Both the position numbers and the translations under genes were made by a program. Below the pieces are notes generated by a model that did not search any database, was not told the origin of the DNA, and saw nothing but the letters and a program-made list of their open reading frames with translations. From an uncultured Gammaproteobacteria bacterium (lineage in GTDB: Bacteria > Patescibacteriota > Patescibacteriia > SG8-24): 64,000 nt of DNA. The stretch's first letter is position 1. Each line of letters opens with the position of its first letter. This document shows positions 10,650 through 21,509 of the stretch, piece by piece. The stretch is taken from contig CAZAOV010000001.1 in assembly GCA_964486995.1 (NCBI GenBank), positions 15,697 through 79,696 of the forward strand, given 5' to 3'.

Positions 10650-11467
10650 ATTTTTTCATCAATTTCTTTCCGAATTGCCAGTATATTTTGATATTTAAAA
10701 ATCTCATAAAAGGTCTGATACGACCCTAGTGGTAACAACCCTTCGGGCAATATCCGATATAAATTATATGAGAATAAAATATCAAAATAATCCTTCATAA
10801 ACACACGCGCGAAAACATTAAACTCATTAAATTCAAACTGAATTACTTTAATAGCCCCACTATTAAGCATCAATTGCGCTCCTTTGAGTACATCTAACTC
10901 ATGCCCCTCAACATCGATTTTCATAAAATCAATGTGAGTAATGCCGTTCTCCAAACAATAATGATCAGTTGTGTCGATAGTAAATGGAATTTCTTCAATA
11001 ACGTCATTTACTTCAAACAGTTCGAGCATTCCTTTATGAACGGATCCGAGTGATGAGTGTTCCGGTTTAGAAAAACAATATAAAATTTTACTCGAATCTT
11101 TTGTTGACCCTAAGCCACACCGTATTGGGCATATCCTATTCTGAAATTTTTCTGCCGCTTTTATTAAAAAACTATGCGGCTGTCTATTTGGTTCAAATGA
11201 AATAATTCTGGCAGTTGGAAATATTTCAGCTAACATTACAGAGTAGTTACCTACATTCGCACCAACATCAAACATGATCGGCTTAACCGATGAGACATAC
11301 CGAGAGACCAATCGTTTAAGCACATATTTTTCCCCCGTGGTGTTTTCGTCACCGAAATTCAGCACACCAATTTTTTGATATGCACTAGTCAGTATCTGAT
11401 TTGGCGTTTGATTATGATTTTGGGAAATAAATAATCTTCTGTAAATTTTATTTAAATAAGCTTTCAT
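10643..11467 (-). CDS. FkbM-family methyltransferase
   Basis: FDVGANVG, SFEP, MKIDVEGHE. Confidence 0.92.
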   Translation of the reverse strand: MKAYLNKIYRRLFISQNHNQTPNQILTSAYQKIGVLNFGDENTTGEKYVLKRLVSRYVSSVKPIMFDVGANVGNYSVMLAEIFPTARIISFEPNRQPHSFLIKAAEKFQNRICPIRCGLGSTKDSSKILYCFSKPEHSSLGSVHKGMLELFEVNDVIEEIPFTIDTTDHYCLENGITHIDFMKIDVEGHELDVLKGAQLMLNSGAIKVIQFEFNEFNVFARVFMKDYFDILFSYNLYRILPEGLLPLGSYQTFYEIFKYQNILAIRKEIDEKIW

Positions 11468-11469
11468 AG

Positions 11470-12714
11470 TTATTTTTTGCTAGTCAAATAGTCTAAAACT
11501 GTCGCTGTCCTCCCAAGTCTTTTCCAGCGCGAGTCAATTCTAAAATTTGCAGAATCAACAATTGAAAAAGATACTTTCTGCTTGTGATCAATATATTCAA
11601 TGAAAGGCTTTTGAAAAGAAATGTCGCAATGATATTTACCGATATTAAATAGCTGTGCAGGTACGGCAATTCTGGTAATGTATCTTCCTTTTTTGTAATT
11701 TCTTAAACGAAGTGTTTTGTCCGTTTCAGAAGATAACAAAAAAAGATCATCTCCTTGATCATAAAATAAAGCACATATACAGGCTCGCTGCACTTCTTCT
11801 TGAACATGATACTCAATATCAATATAAAAACCTTCATCTACATTAATCTCGCTGGCTATTACATTATTATTGTTGAAAAACTTTATACTCGTAATGCTTG
11901 CGGCCTTAGATTCAGATATCTTGTACTCGTGTACAGCCTGAATATTTTTATTATCGCTTTTATTATATTGTGCAATGATACTTAAGGTGTCGCCATATGC
12001 AATTATCTCCCCGTTCTTGAGTAATATACATTTTTGACATATTTTTTTTATGGCGTTCATGTTATGACTCACAAAAATAACTGTCCGTCCATCTTCACTA
12101 ACTACAGTATTCATCTTATTTAAACACTTCTTCTGAAATTCAGCATCTCCTACCGATAATACTTCATCAACAATCAAAACGTCTGGTTCAAGATGAGCTG
12201 CGACAGAAAATGCGAGACGAACGTACATACCGCTTGAATATCGCTTGACTGGAGTGTCCAAAAATTTTTCTACGCCAGAAAACTCAACGATACTGTCAAA
12301 TTTCTGCTGAATTTCTTTTTTTGTCATGCCTAAAATCGCACCATTCAGATATATATTTTCCCTGCCCGTGAGCTCTGGATGGAAACCTGTGCCCACCTCC
12401 AGCAAAGAAGCGACTTTGCCACGAATAATAATTTCTCCTTCTGTGGGTGGCGTTATTTTCGACAATATTTTCAGCAAAGTTGATTTGCCCGCTCCATTAG
12501 CGCCGATGATGCCGACTGTCTCCCCCCGCGCAATATCCACGGAAATATTTCGCAAGGACCAAAATTCTTCTCGGGTCATCTTTTCCTTGATTGTCTTGAA
12601 TGGGGATGTAAAAAATTGCGTCATCAGGTCGCGCAGAGACAAATACTTCTCCCGTTGGTGATAAATATTGTATTTCTTGCCAACGTCTCTGATTTCTATG
12701 ATCGGTTCGTTCAT
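11470..12714 (-). CDS. wzt: Polysaccharide ABC exporter ATP-binding subunit with Wzt C-terminal domain
   Basis: GANGAGKST, FHPELTGRENI, YSSGM, VDEVL. Confidence 0.95.
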   Translation of the reverse strand: MNEPIIEIRDVGKKYNIYHQREKYLSLRDLMTQFFTSPFKTIKEKMTREEFWSLRNISVDIARGETVGIIGANGAGKSTLLKILSKITPPTEGEIIIRGKVASLLEVGTGFHPELTGRENIYLNGAILGMTKKEIQQKFDSIVEFSGVEKFLDTPVKRYSSGMYVRLAFSVAAHLEPDVLIVDEVLSVGDAEFQKKCLNKMNTVVSEDGRTVIFVSHNMNAIKKICQKCILLKNGEIIAYGDTLSIIAQYNKSDNKNIQAVHEYKISESKAASITSIKFFNNNNVIASEINVDEGFYIDIEYHVQEEVQRACICALFYDQGDDLFLLSSETDKTLRLRNYKKGRYITRIAVPAQLFNIGKYHCDISFQKPFIEYIDHKQKVSFSIVDSANFRIDSRWKRLGRTATVLDYLTSKK

Positions 12715-12716
12715 AA

Positions 12717-13529
12717 TTATGCGATGTCGGCAAAATAATGCTCGGTCTTCTTAAAAACGTATATGCCGCCAGCCAGCAGCAGAAAACAGGTGGCCGCAGA
12801 AATGCCCAACAACATCCAGTTTATCGGTTCACTGTTGAATAGTGCGGCCCGCGCGGCTTTTATCACTCCAGTCATCGGGTTCAAAGCCAATATCCAGGAA
12901 TATTTTCCGGCTAAACTGGGTGGGTATATAACCGGCGTCACAAACAGCATGATTTGAATAAAGAACGGCACCGCATAGCGCACGTCACGATATTTGACAT
13001 TTATGGCCGCCAGATATAATCCCGTTCCGACTGCGGCCATAAACGAAATGAGAATCAGCAACGGAAAAATCAAGAAACCAAGTATGTTTGCGCCGTAGCC
13101 GTAAAATACCATCATTCCTAGCAGGATGACCGCCGCAATAACGAAGTCAATCAATTTTGTCAGGGTGGCGGAGACGGGCAAAATCAAACGCGGGAAATAG
13201 ATTTTCTGTACAATGCTCTGATTGCTGACCAAACAATTGCTTGCGTCTGAAAGTGAGCTAGAAAAAAACTGCCAAAATATTAGGCCAGCAAAGACAAAAA
13301 TCGGGTAAGGCACTCCGTCCGAAGGCATACCAGCTAACTTTCCAAAAAAAACGCTAAATACAACCATTGTAATAAATGGCTGGAATACAGCCCAAGAAAC
13401 ACCGACTACGGTTTGCTTGTATCGCACTTTAATGTCACGCCAGGAAAAAAAGTACAACAGTTCTTTATACTGCCACATTTCACGCAAATCGCTCCACTGA
13501 AAAATTTTTTTGGGTCTAATGACTTCCAT
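12717..13529 (-). CDS. wzm: Polysaccharide ABC exporter permease
   Basis: RDIKVRYKQT, KIYFPR, TPVIYP, LNPM; adjacent to wzt. Confidence 0.95.
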   Translation of the reverse strand: MEVIRPKKIFQWSDLREMWQYKELLYFFSWRDIKVRYKQTVVGVSWAVFQPFITMVVFSVFFGKLAGMPSDGVPYPIFVFAGLIFWQFFSSSLSDASNCLVSNQSIVQKIYFPRLILPVSATLTKLIDFVIAAVILLGMMVFYGYGANILGFLIFPLLILISFMAAVGTGLYLAAINVKYRDVRYAVPFFIQIMLFVTPVIYPPSLAGKYSWILALNPMTGVIKAARAALFNSEPINWMLLGISAATCFLLLAGGIYVFKKTEHYFADIA

Positions 13530-14448
13530 GCGTTTGCGGTTCGGGCACTGATTTTACTTGTTTTTCCTCATGTTGGGGCTTGGTTTGTTCCGAGACCTCT
13601 CCCCTCACCCGCTTATTAGAAGCGACGACTTCGGCCCACAGCTTCGGATTGTAACCCTTGGCGCGCACGGCGGTGACTATCGCCGCCGTATCTTTCGGGA
13701 GGCATTTTCCGCTGAAGCCGCGACCGTCCGGATAAATGCTGGTCATCGAACGGCCGATGCGTCCATCCAATAGCCACAGTTCCTTTATCTCGTTATAGTC
13801 GGCGCCGAATGCCTGACAGACGTTATACATCTCATCGCAAAAAATCTTTTTAGTGGCTAAATACATATTTACAAAATACTTGGTCATCTCGGCATGCAGC
13901 GCTGTAGTTTGCATGAAACGTGCGCCCCAACCAGCAATTCTCTGAAAAATTTGAAGCCATTCCGTTGTCACTTCCCGATTGCCGCCAAAAATATGGAAGC
14001 TGTGCAGTTTCATGTCGGTCGGATGAGGCATGTCCTGCCAGTACGGTATCTGATACTTGCCCTCGCCAATGTATTCGGGACTAAAACAAATTCGTCTGCC
14101 GGTTTTTTCTGACAAGCTATCAATGGTGCCGGGCGCAACCGTCGATTTTACCAGGTAGCTCTTGTGGTTAGTTTCAGTCAGCACGTCCTCGGCGATTGAG
14201 GTGTCGCAGCGCCAGCCGTCCGAACCGGTCGGGGTAGGTACGCAGACCACGGCGTGCTCTATGCCGTCCGCGGCCTTATATTCCTTGCTCCAAAGTTCAG
14301 GGTAGTCTGGGTCATCGCTGTTTTTCAGCGCGTCAAAATCCACGAACGGATCAATGACCATCACGTCGTAATGACTTTTCAAAAAACGATATAACGCACG
14401 GCCAACGTAGCCGTATCCGTAGAGGGCGATTTTTTTTCGGTTGGACAT
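13516..14448 (-). CDS. Short UDP-glucose/GDP-mannose dehydrogenase-family protein
   Basis: GYGYVG, VCVPTP, KSTVAPG, SPEY, AEMTKY, GFSGKCLPKD; C-terminal UDP-binding domain absent. Confidence 0.85.
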   Translation of the reverse strand: MSNRKKIALYGYGYVGRALYRFLKSHYDVMVIDPFVDFDALKNSDDPDYPELWSKEYKAADGIEHAVVCVPTPTGSDGWRCDTSIAEDVLTETNHKSYLVKSTVAPGTIDSLSEKTGRRICFSPEYIGEGKYQIPYWQDMPHPTDMKLHSFHIFGGNREVTTEWLQIFQRIAGWGARFMQTTALHAEMTKYFVNMYLATKKIFCDEMYNVCQAFGADYNEIKELWLLDGRIGRSMTSIYPDGRGFSGKCLPKDTAAIVTAVRAKGYNPKLWAEVVASNKRVRGEVSEQTKPQHEEKQVKSVPEPQTHGSH

Positions 14449-14471
14449 ATTAATTCCCGCTTGGGTGATTA

Positions 14472-15416
14472 TTATGCTGATGTTATTTTATACTCCGCCT
14501 TAAACCATGTATAGACGCGCTGCAAACCTTCTTCCAATTCTATGGCATGATGCCAGCCAAGAGCGTGCAGCTTGGTCAGGTCGAGTAGTTTTTGCGGCAT
14601 GCCGTCGGGCTTGGTGGTATCAGATACTAATGCCCCTTTATATCCAACTACCCGCTTAATCAGCTCAGCCAGTTCTCTAATAGATAAATCCACTCCCGTC
14701 CCCACATTCACGAACTGCTGATCGTCATAGTTGTTCATCAGGAACAGGGCGGCGCTCGCCAGGTCATCGACATGCAGAAATTCACGTCGGGCGGCGCCGG
14801 TTCCCCAGATTTCAACTTGCGGGGCGTTGCTGACTTTAGCTTCGTGGAACTTTCTGATTAGCGCCGGCAGGACATGGGAATTTTCCAGATCGAAATTGTC
14901 GTTCGATCCGTAGAGGTTGGTCGGCATGCAGGAGATGAATTTCTGGCCGTACTGCTCGTGGATTTTTTCGCAGAGCTTCATGCCGGCGATTTTGGCGATG
15001 GCATAACCCTCGTTTGTGGGTTCTGGTTTTCCGCTTAACAGATACTCTTCCTTCATGGGCTGAGAACATTCACGAGGGTAAATGCAACTGCTACCTAAAA
15101 ACAATAATTTTTTCACGTCATGCAGATGAGCCTGCCAAATAACGTTATTTTGAATCTGTAAATTTTCGTACAGAAAATCGGCTTGATGCGTCTTATTATC
15201 CATGATTCCACCAACTCTGGCCGCAGCCACAAAAACATACTCTGGACGTTCCTGCTCATAAAATTTACTTGCAGCCGCCTGATCCGACAAATCCAGCTCG
15301 TGTCGAGTGCGCGTGACGATATTGGTAAATCCTTCTTTCTCCAACAACCGCAAAATTGCTGAACCGACCATTCCACGATGCCCAGCAACATATATTTTAG
15401 AGCTCTTGTCCCACAT
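14472..15416 (-). CDS. fcl: GDP-L-fucose synthase
   Basis: [37 protein letters not shown]. Confidence 0.96.
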   Translation of the reverse strand: MWDKSSKIYVAGHRGMVGSAILRLLEKEGFTNIVTRTRHELDLSDQAAASKFYEQERPEYVFVAAARVGGIMDNKTHQADFLYENLQIQNNVIWQAHLHDVKKLLFLGSSCIYPRECSQPMKEEYLLSGKPEPTNEGYAIAKIAGMKLCEKIHEQYGQKFISCMPTNLYGSNDNFDLENSHVLPALIRKFHEAKVSNAPQVEIWGTGAARREFLHVDDLASAALFLMNNYDDQQFVNVGTGVDLSIRELAELIKRVVGYKGALVSDTTKPDGMPQKLLDLTKLHALGWHHAIELEEGLQRVYTWFKAEYKITSA

Positions 15417-16449
15417 ATTGAGCGTAATGTACCTTTTTATCTTCCTCGATCATTCCTTTCACCAAATCACTGAACTTGATTCGCGGCTCCCAGCCAAGCT
15501 TCTCTTTGGCCTTCGTAGCATCGCCAATCAGCAAATCGATTTCAGCTGGACGGAAATAACGCGGGTCTATCTTGATAATCGCCTGGCCAGTCTTTCGATC
15601 TATCCCCTGCTCATGCAGGCCCTCACCTTTCCAGGTCAAATCAAATTCCATTTGATGGGCCGCTTCCTCAACGAAATCTCTAACGCTATGCGTCTCCCCC
15701 GTTGCCAAAACAAAATCATCCGGTTCGCTATGCTGGAGTATCTTCCACATTCCCTCAACATAGTCGCGAGCATGACCCCAGTCACGTTTTGCTTCCAGGT
15801 TACCCAAGAACAACGTGTCGTCCAAACCAGCTTTGATACGATTTAACCCTCTGGTTATTTTTCTGGTGACAAATGTTTCGCCCCGCCGTTCAGATTCGTG
15901 ATTAAACAAAATGCCGTTTGAAGCGAACAGATCGTAGCTTTCTCGATAGTTCTTGGTAATCCAATACGCATACACCTTAGCGCAACCATACGGCGAACGC
16001 GGATAGAACGGCGTGTTTTCTGTCTGCGGAATTTCTTGAACTTTTCCGAACATTTCACTGGAAGACGCCTGATAATAACGAACTTTTGGACAGATATCAC
16101 GTACTGCTTCCAATATACGCGTCGTGGACAGACCCGTGACGTCACCCGTGTATTCTGGAATATCAAAACTTACCCGAACGTGTGACTGCGCTCCAAGATG
16201 ATAAATTTCATCTGGAATAATCTTCTTGAGCAGTCGGGCGATGTTGCTGCTATCAGCCAAATCGCCATAATGCAAAATCAACCGACGGCCGACATCATGA
16301 GGGTCAGAATAGATATGGTCGATACGCTCCGTATTAAACGACGAGGCCCGGCGAATAATGCCATGCACCTCATAGCCCTTTTCAAGCAGGAGTTCCGCCA
16401 AATATGAACCATCCTGACCGGTTATTCCTGTTATTAACGCTTTTTTCAT
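15397..16449 (-). CDS. gmd: GDP-mannose 4,6-dehydratase
   Basis: [42 protein letters not shown]. Confidence 0.97.
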   Translation of the reverse strand: MKKALITGITGQDGSYLAELLLEKGYEVHGIIRRASSFNTERIDHIYSDPHDVGRRLILHYGDLADSSNIARLLKKIIPDEIYHLGAQSHVRVSFDIPEYTGDVTGLSTTRILEAVRDICPKVRYYQASSSEMFGKVQEIPQTENTPFYPRSPYGCAKVYAYWITKNYRESYDLFASNGILFNHESERRGETFVTRKITRGLNRIKAGLDDTLFLGNLEAKRDWGHARDYVEGMWKILQHSEPDDFVLATGETHSVRDFVEEAAHQMEFDLTWKGEGLHEQGIDRKTGQAIIKIDPRYFRPAEIDLLIGDATKAKEKLGWEPRIKFSDLVKGMIEEDKKVHYAQYVGQEL

Positions 16450-16474
16450 ACGGCTATACAGCTTAACATTATCG

Positions 16475-16717
16475 TTACCACTGCTTAGTTTTATCCTTCG
16501 TAGTTTTCTTCATTTTTTTGTAGGCTTTCGTTGCCGCCTGGTCTATTTCCGGTGATAGCATTCTCAAAATCTCATGGCCGAAGATGCGATGCTGATTCCC
16601 GACTTTGTTGGCGCGGAGCAAACCCTTCTTTATGAGACGCTTAAAAGTGCTCGAGCTAATCTTGAGCATCTGTTCCGTTTCCTTGGGCGTATAGATTTCG
16701 TTCGGATTTATCTCCAT
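16475..16717 (-). CDS. Small excisionase-like/HTH_17 (BldC/MerR-like) DNA-binding protein
   Basis: [37 protein letters not shown]; start reassigned to ATG 16717 because 16756 lies at the predicted -10 element. Confidence 0.8.
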   Translation of the reverse strand: MEINPNEIYTPKETEQMLKISSSTFKRLIKKGLLRANKVGNQHRIFGHEILRMLSPEIDQAATKAYKKMKKTTKDKTKQW

Positions 16718-16756
16718 GCCGATCGCTAAAATGTGATTCACTCTACAAACACTCAT

Positions 16757-16786
16757 ATAATATCAATGGGTGTCATTAGGTGTCAA
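16757..16786 (-). promoter_or_regulatory. Sigma70-like promoter (TTGACA-18-TATTAT) overlapped by a GGTGTCA direct repeat
   Basis: tgtcaa at 16781-16786 reads TTGACA on the minus strand; ggtgtca occurs at 16769 and 16779 (10-bp period). Confidence 0.55.
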
Positions 16787-16889
16787 AAGGTAGCTGTTGA
16801 TATCATAAAAATGCGTGCGCATGATTCTAAGTTTGTCATCAACAAACGCACACTTTTTTTCACGAACGGCACAACTGTTAGTCAATATG

Positions 16890-17075
16890 ACTATCTGATC
16901 GGCTCCCCGACCTTAATCATTTTCTTGGCCCATTCAATGGTCTCCAGAATCCCTTACACCGGCAACACACCTGGACGGAAACCAATTTCTTTCTCGGCTT
17001 TAGACAGATCAAGCGACATATTTCGCGCATCACCCGGCTTTGCCGGACTGTGCTCAGGATACAAGCTGGCGCAAA
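16890..17075 (-). pseudogene. Decayed copy of the 3' end of the epimerase gene at 19701..20651
   Basis: Shares atcattttcttggccca, ggacggaaacc and ctcggc blocks with 19725-19880; contains an in-frame TAA. Confidence 0.8.
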
Positions 17076-17220
17076 CAGCTTCATGGCCATCCATCTGGAA
17101 AACTGATACTAAATCCTGCCCCAGATTTCCTTTATCACCAAGAATTAATGTTCTCGCATGATTACTCCTTAATAGATTTCAAAAGCGAAACTGTCCGTCT
17201 GCCAATATATTTATCATGCC

Positions 17221-18849
17221 TCAATTTAAACCTCTTTCCATTAGATATGCAATGACCTGTTCGGCGCATTCTTCCGGAGAATATTCTACGGTGTTCAGAA
17301 TCACCTCGGCGTTTTCGGAACGTTCGAACGGGTCATCTACGCCGGTGAAGTTCTTAAGCTGACCCAGTTCGGCTTTACGGTACAGCCCTTTCATGTCGCG
17401 CTGTTTGCAGACTTCTATAGGAGTATCTACCAGCACCTCGATGTAAGTTCCGGTTTTGCTTATTAGTTCTCGGTTCTTATCGCGGGTGGCCGCATACGGC
17501 GCAATCGTCGCGCAGATAGCGATGCCGCCGTGTTTGGTGATTTCGTTGGCGACGAAGCCGATACGTAAAATATTTGTATCGCGGTCCTCGCGGGAGAAGC
17601 CCAGGCCTTGCGATAGGTTGTTGCGAATTACGTCTCCGTCCAACACGGTAATCTCCCTATCCTGCACCTCACGCAGCTTGTCGTGCAGGATTTTTGCTAT
17701 CGTTGATTTACCGGAGCAAGACAGGCCAGTCATAAAAATCGTGAAACCGCGACGATTATCGCGCTGTACTGCTTTGCGCAATCCGGAAACTATTTCTGGA
17801 AAGGACAGCCACTCCGGCACATCTTCGCCCGCACGAATCATGCGACGCAGTTCTGTTCCGGAAATTTTTTCCGGTTGGTGGTGTTCCTCCAGCTCATGCG
17901 TGTAGAAGTATTTTTTCTCGGACGGCACGTAAGCAATTTCCTTTGGTGAGACAATCTCGATGCCAATTTCGTCCGCGTGTTCCCGCGCCAACTCCTGTGC
18001 ATCGTACGATCCGTAGTAATTCCCGCCCGGATCAGCGTGCCCGCGGCCGACGATGAAATGCGTACAGCCGTAGTTCTTTCTGATCTGCGCGTGCCACACC
18101 GCCTCGCGCGGACCGGCCATTCGCATCGCGAGCGGCAACAGGCTCAGCTTGGCGAAGTCGCTCATATAATTCTCTGCTACCTTGCGATAACAGCGCACAC
18201 GTGTGACATGATCGATATCCCCTGGCTTTGTCTCCCCTATGGTCGGATGGATTAGCACCTTGGCGTTGTGTTCCTCGGCCCCGCGACGCATCAGTTCGTA
18301 ATGAGCGCGATGAATCGGGTTGCGGGTCTGGAATCCGATTACCTTTTCCCAGCCGTTTTCGGCGAACCATTGTTTTAGCTCGTCTGGTCTATGGCGCAAG
18401 TCGATGAAACTTCCGTTACGGCCTTTTAGCTTCACGTCAGTGACTGGACCACCCAGATATACTCGACCGACATCGTCAAACAATTTCCGTACGCCGGCGT
18501 GATTTTTGTCTGTAGTCTGATAAATTTTTTCAGCCTCACGCAACTTGTCTGGTATGTATGTTGAAGTCACGTTCATGACTGCCGCCGGATTACCGTACTT
18601 GTCGCATAGTACGATTTCTTCGCCGACTTCGATATTGGCATTATTCACATCTAGGGCTATCGGCATTGACCACAATGCACCATCGGCTAATCGCATAATA
18701 TCTAAAACCGACTCGTAGTCCGCCTGATTCATAAATCCAGTGAGCGGTGCGAACGAGCCATCTAGTAACAGCTCCAAATCACAAAGCTGGCGGTCCGTTA
18801 GGTTGACCCGTCTCAACGTGGCAATTTTGTCTCTGATATTTTGCATCAT
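17221..18849 (-). CDS. sat-cysC: Bifunctional sulfate adenylyltransferase / adenylylsulfate kinase (PAPS synthase)
   Basis: FQTRNPIHRAH, MRMAGPREA, RKNYGCTHFIVGR and ISGTELR, followed by GLSCSGKST, LDGD and FTGVDDPFE. Confidence 0.95.
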   Translation of the reverse strand: MMQNIRDKIATLRRVNLTDRQLCDLELLLDGSFAPLTGFMNQADYESVLDIMRLADGALWSMPIALDVNNANIEVGEEIVLCDKYGNPAAVMNVTSTYIPDKLREAEKIYQTTDKNHAGVRKLFDDVGRVYLGGPVTDVKLKGRNGSFIDLRHRPDELKQWFAENGWEKVIGFQTRNPIHRAHYELMRRGAEEHNAKVLIHPTIGETKPGDIDHVTRVRCYRKVAENYMSDFAKLSLLPLAMRMAGPREAVWHAQIRKNYGCTHFIVGRGHADPGGNYYGSYDAQELAREHADEIGIEIVSPKEIAYVPSEKKYFYTHELEEHHQPEKISGTELRRMIRAGEDVPEWLSFPEIVSGLRKAVQRDNRRGFTIFMTGLSCSGKSTIAKILHDKLREVQDREITVLDGDVIRNNLSQGLGFSREDRDTNILRIGFVANEITKHGGIAICATIAPYAATRDKNRELISKTGTYIEVLVDTPIEVCKQRDMKGLYRKAELGQLKNFTGVDDPFERSENAEVILNTVEYSPEECAEQVIAYLMERGLN

Positions 18850-18852
18850 AGA

Positions 18853-19698
18853 TTAGCTTATTTTACTAGCCGTAACGACATATCCAACTCCAAAAGTTCT
18901 CAGCGGCACCAATCGCTCACCCACCGGTTCGGCCGCGGCTAAAACTTTATCGACTGCTGGTATTTTGATATTCGGAAACAGCCGCATACGCTTTAACGAT
19001 TCGATATCGAAACCATTAGCTTTCAGCGGTTCGGTGACCTGCTGTGAAGGCACATACATTTCGTCTGTCAGATAAAATCCGTTTCCGATTGGGCGAAGCT
19101 TGCCGGTATTCCAACCGTTCTTCTTGAGCCTCCATTTAATGATTGGATTGCCGCCGTTTGGCTCACTGATAATTAACTTACCATTCGTTTTGAGCAGCTT
19201 GCGCGTCTGCTTAAAGAAAAGCTCGTGTGGAACTATATGATGCAATGCTTCTTGCACATAAATGACATCGAATAGCTCATCTGGTGCGTATTCTGTAATG
19301 CTGTCCTCAACGAAGGTAATATTGTCCGCGCCCCAACGCTCGGCTCTCTCATGAGAAAGTTTTATGTAAACGGGGTTGATATCCAGGCCAATGACTTGAT
19401 GCGCGCCGGAAGCTGCAAGCAGTAGGCTCTGAGTACCCATTCCACAACCGACGTCCAAACATCTTTTGCCTGGCGCCGCGGACACGGCAGACTGAGTGCA
19501 CATACGATAGTAACGTCGACTCAGTTCTGTCGGACCTCGATAATAGCGGCTAAATTTTTTGAATATTTTATGAAATTCGGGACTGTACCATTCGGACAAC
19601 TCGCGATGCTCGTCTACGATATTCCCAAAAATCGCTGCGACCCTAGCGTCATGCGTTGGCAATTTTCTGAGCTGTGGAATATCGATGATTTCCGACAT
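18853..19698 (-). CDS. Class I SAM-dependent methyltransferase
   Basis: LDVGCGMG, GLDIN, FDVI..EALHH, SEPN. Confidence 0.9.
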   Translation of the reverse strand: MSEIIDIPQLRKLPTHDARVAAIFGNIVDEHRELSEWYSPEFHKIFKKFSRYYRGPTELSRRYYRMCTQSAVSAAPGKRCLDVGCGMGTQSLLLAASGAHQVIGLDINPVYIKLSHERAERWGADNITFVEDSITEYAPDELFDVIYVQEALHHIVPHELFFKQTRKLLKTNGKLIISEPNGGNPIIKWRLKKNGWNTGKLRPIGNGFYLTDEMYVPSQQVTEPLKANGFDIESLKRMRLFPNIKIPAVDKVLAAAEPVGERLVPLRTFGVGYVVTASKIS

Positions 19699-19700
19699 AT

Positions 19701-20651
19701 TTATCTAACCGGTTCCCCAGCCTCAATCATTTTCTTGGCCCAGGTGATTGTTTCGGGGATTCCTTCGGCTAGCAGAACCCCGGGACGGAAACCGATTTCC
19801 TGCTCGGCCTTAGATGGGTCTAATGAAACATTGCGCTCGTCACCTGGTTTGGCTGGGCCGTATTCTGGTTCCAGCTCTGTACCGACCGCTGACGCCACCG
19901 CATCATATAAATCTTTGACCGACGTTTCGGCGCCGGTGCCGACGTTGAATGCGCCGTCTGGATGTTTTTCTACCCCTTCGACGATCATGCGGGCGATGTC
20001 TTTTACGAAAACGAAATCGCGAGTCTGTTCGCCGGTGCCGTTGACTCGTGGCGCTTCGCCCTGAATCAATTTCTGCGTAAAAATAGAAATCACGCCGGAC
20101 TCACCTTTGATAGTCTGTCGCGGACCGTACACGTTACCAAACCGCAATGCGGTCGCGGCCAGCCCCCGCCGTCCAGCGAGCACCCGCAGATACAATTCAA
20201 ACGCATACTTCGCGATTCCGTACGGCGAGCCCGGCTCGCAGGGCATGTCTTCAGTGATGGGATTGGTCTTGATGGCTGGGCTGTAAACCGCGGCGGACGA
20301 GGCGAACACTATCCCCTTCGCACCTCCGGCAGTAGTTGCGTCAAGTACGTTAAGGCTACCGCCGATATTAATCTCCGAATCGATGCCGGGCTCCTCGTAT
20401 GAACTACGCAAGTCCACATGGGCGGCTAGATGCACTACTGCGACCGGCTTGATTTCTTCGAATAGCGAAATTAGTTCCTTGGAGCGGATATCCATCTCGT
20501 GCAAGGTCGCGTCCGGATGTACATACTGGCGAAAGCCGGTAGTGAAGTCATCAACGATATGGACGTTGTAGCCGCGTTCGACTAGTAAATCAGTTACGTG
20601 CGAACCGATGAAGCCGGCGCCGCCGGTTACGATTGCGTTTTTGGTGGACAT
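19701..20651 (-). CDS. NAD-dependent epimerase (UDP-glucose 4-epimerase-like SDR)
   Basis: [39 protein letters not shown]. Confidence 0.93.
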   Translation of the reverse strand: MSTKNAIVTGGAGFIGSHVTDLLVERGYNVHIVDDFTTGFRQYVHPDATLHEMDIRSKELISLFEEIKPVAVVHLAAHVDLRSSYEEPGIDSEINIGGSLNVLDATTAGGAKGIVFASSAAVYSPAIKTNPITEDMPCEPGSPYGIAKYAFELYLRVLAGRRGLAATALRFGNVYGPRQTIKGESGVISIFTQKLIQGEAPRVNGTGEQTRDFVFVKDIARMIVEGVEKHPDGAFNVGTGAETSVKDLYDAVASAVGTELEPEYGPAKPGDERNVSLDPSKAEQEIGFRPGVLLAEGIPETITWAKKMIEAGEPVR

Positions 20652-20659
20652 ATATTCGA

Positions 20660-20910
20660 TATTTTCATCCTGAGCGTAGCGTGAGAATCCCGATGTTTTA
20701 TCGTGGGCTTTCTTCTTGCTGCCACGGGATTGCGGCGCTGCACTCGCAATGACGGATTATGTGAGCGAGCTTGCGGAAACAGGGTTATTGGTTGGCTGGT
20801 GCGGTGATGTGGATTCCTGCCTTCGCAGGAATGACATGGTGGGGGGGGGGCGACACGGGAGGGCGGAAACACACCTACCGAATCGGGCAGGGGCAAGCCC
20901 TGCGGCTATC
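20660..20910. repeat. Intergenic cluster of several REP-like palindromic elements
   Basis: ggattcctgccttcgcaggaatgaca (20811-20836; relatives at 57568-57593 and 46088-46110), gggcaggggcaagccctgcggcta (20885-20908), and ...ctcgcaatgac. Confidence 0.7.
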
Positions 20911-21003
20911 ATCATGGTAATCGCAATTTGATAATAACACATCCCGCATTGACTGACCGCCGCCAAGCTGATAACTTCATCAAGCAGCAAAACGGAGGAA
21001 AAC

Positions 21004-21477
21004 GTGACTAGTAAGTCCTTTACTCACCCGAAAAGTCCGACGATGTTGGGAGTGACTGGGCCCACTAGCGGTCCGGCCGGAGTGATTAATCCACACGCCC
21101 TGCCTGCACTCAATACCGGGTCGCGCTACGGCGATATCGTCGGGGCCATGATCCTGGTGATGTCCACGGCGCACGGTCAGGGTCGCGCTTGGATGAGTGT
21201 CCCCTATCACATCCTGTATTTTCAATGGATGTATCGTGAACTCGGCATCAAGGTGCATTCGCCCATATCCGGGAAGATTCCTAACGGCAAGGTGGATGCC
21301 GCACGGCTCGACGCGTTTCCAGACCCGGAAAGCGTATCGTTTACCGATGCGCAGGAAACGCTTAACAGCACGGTTCGGCATTTGCTTGCCGAGGGTTTCC
21401 TGACCGGCGTACGCGACGGTGAAGCCGACCATGTCGTTCCAACGGACAAACTGGTCAATGCAATCGTGAAAGACTGA
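21004..21477 (+). CDS. Hypothetical protein
   Basis: GGAGG RBS at ~20994 before GTG; downstream hairpin terminator. Confidence 0.65.
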   Translation: MTSKSFTHPKSPTMLGVTGPTSGPAGVINPHALPALNTGSRYGDIVGAMILVMSTAHGQGRAWMSVPYHILYFQWMYRELGIKVHSPISGKIPNGKVDAARLDAFPDPESVSFTDAQETLNSTVRHLLAEGFLTGVRDGEADHVVPTDKLVNAIVKD

Positions 21478-21481
21478 TAAC

Positions 21482-21509
21482 AAAACACGGGATTCGCCCG
21501 TGTTTTTTT
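21482..21509 (+). terminator. Intrinsic (possibly bidirectional) terminator
   Basis: aaaacacggg-attcg-cccgtgttttttt. Confidence 0.7.
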
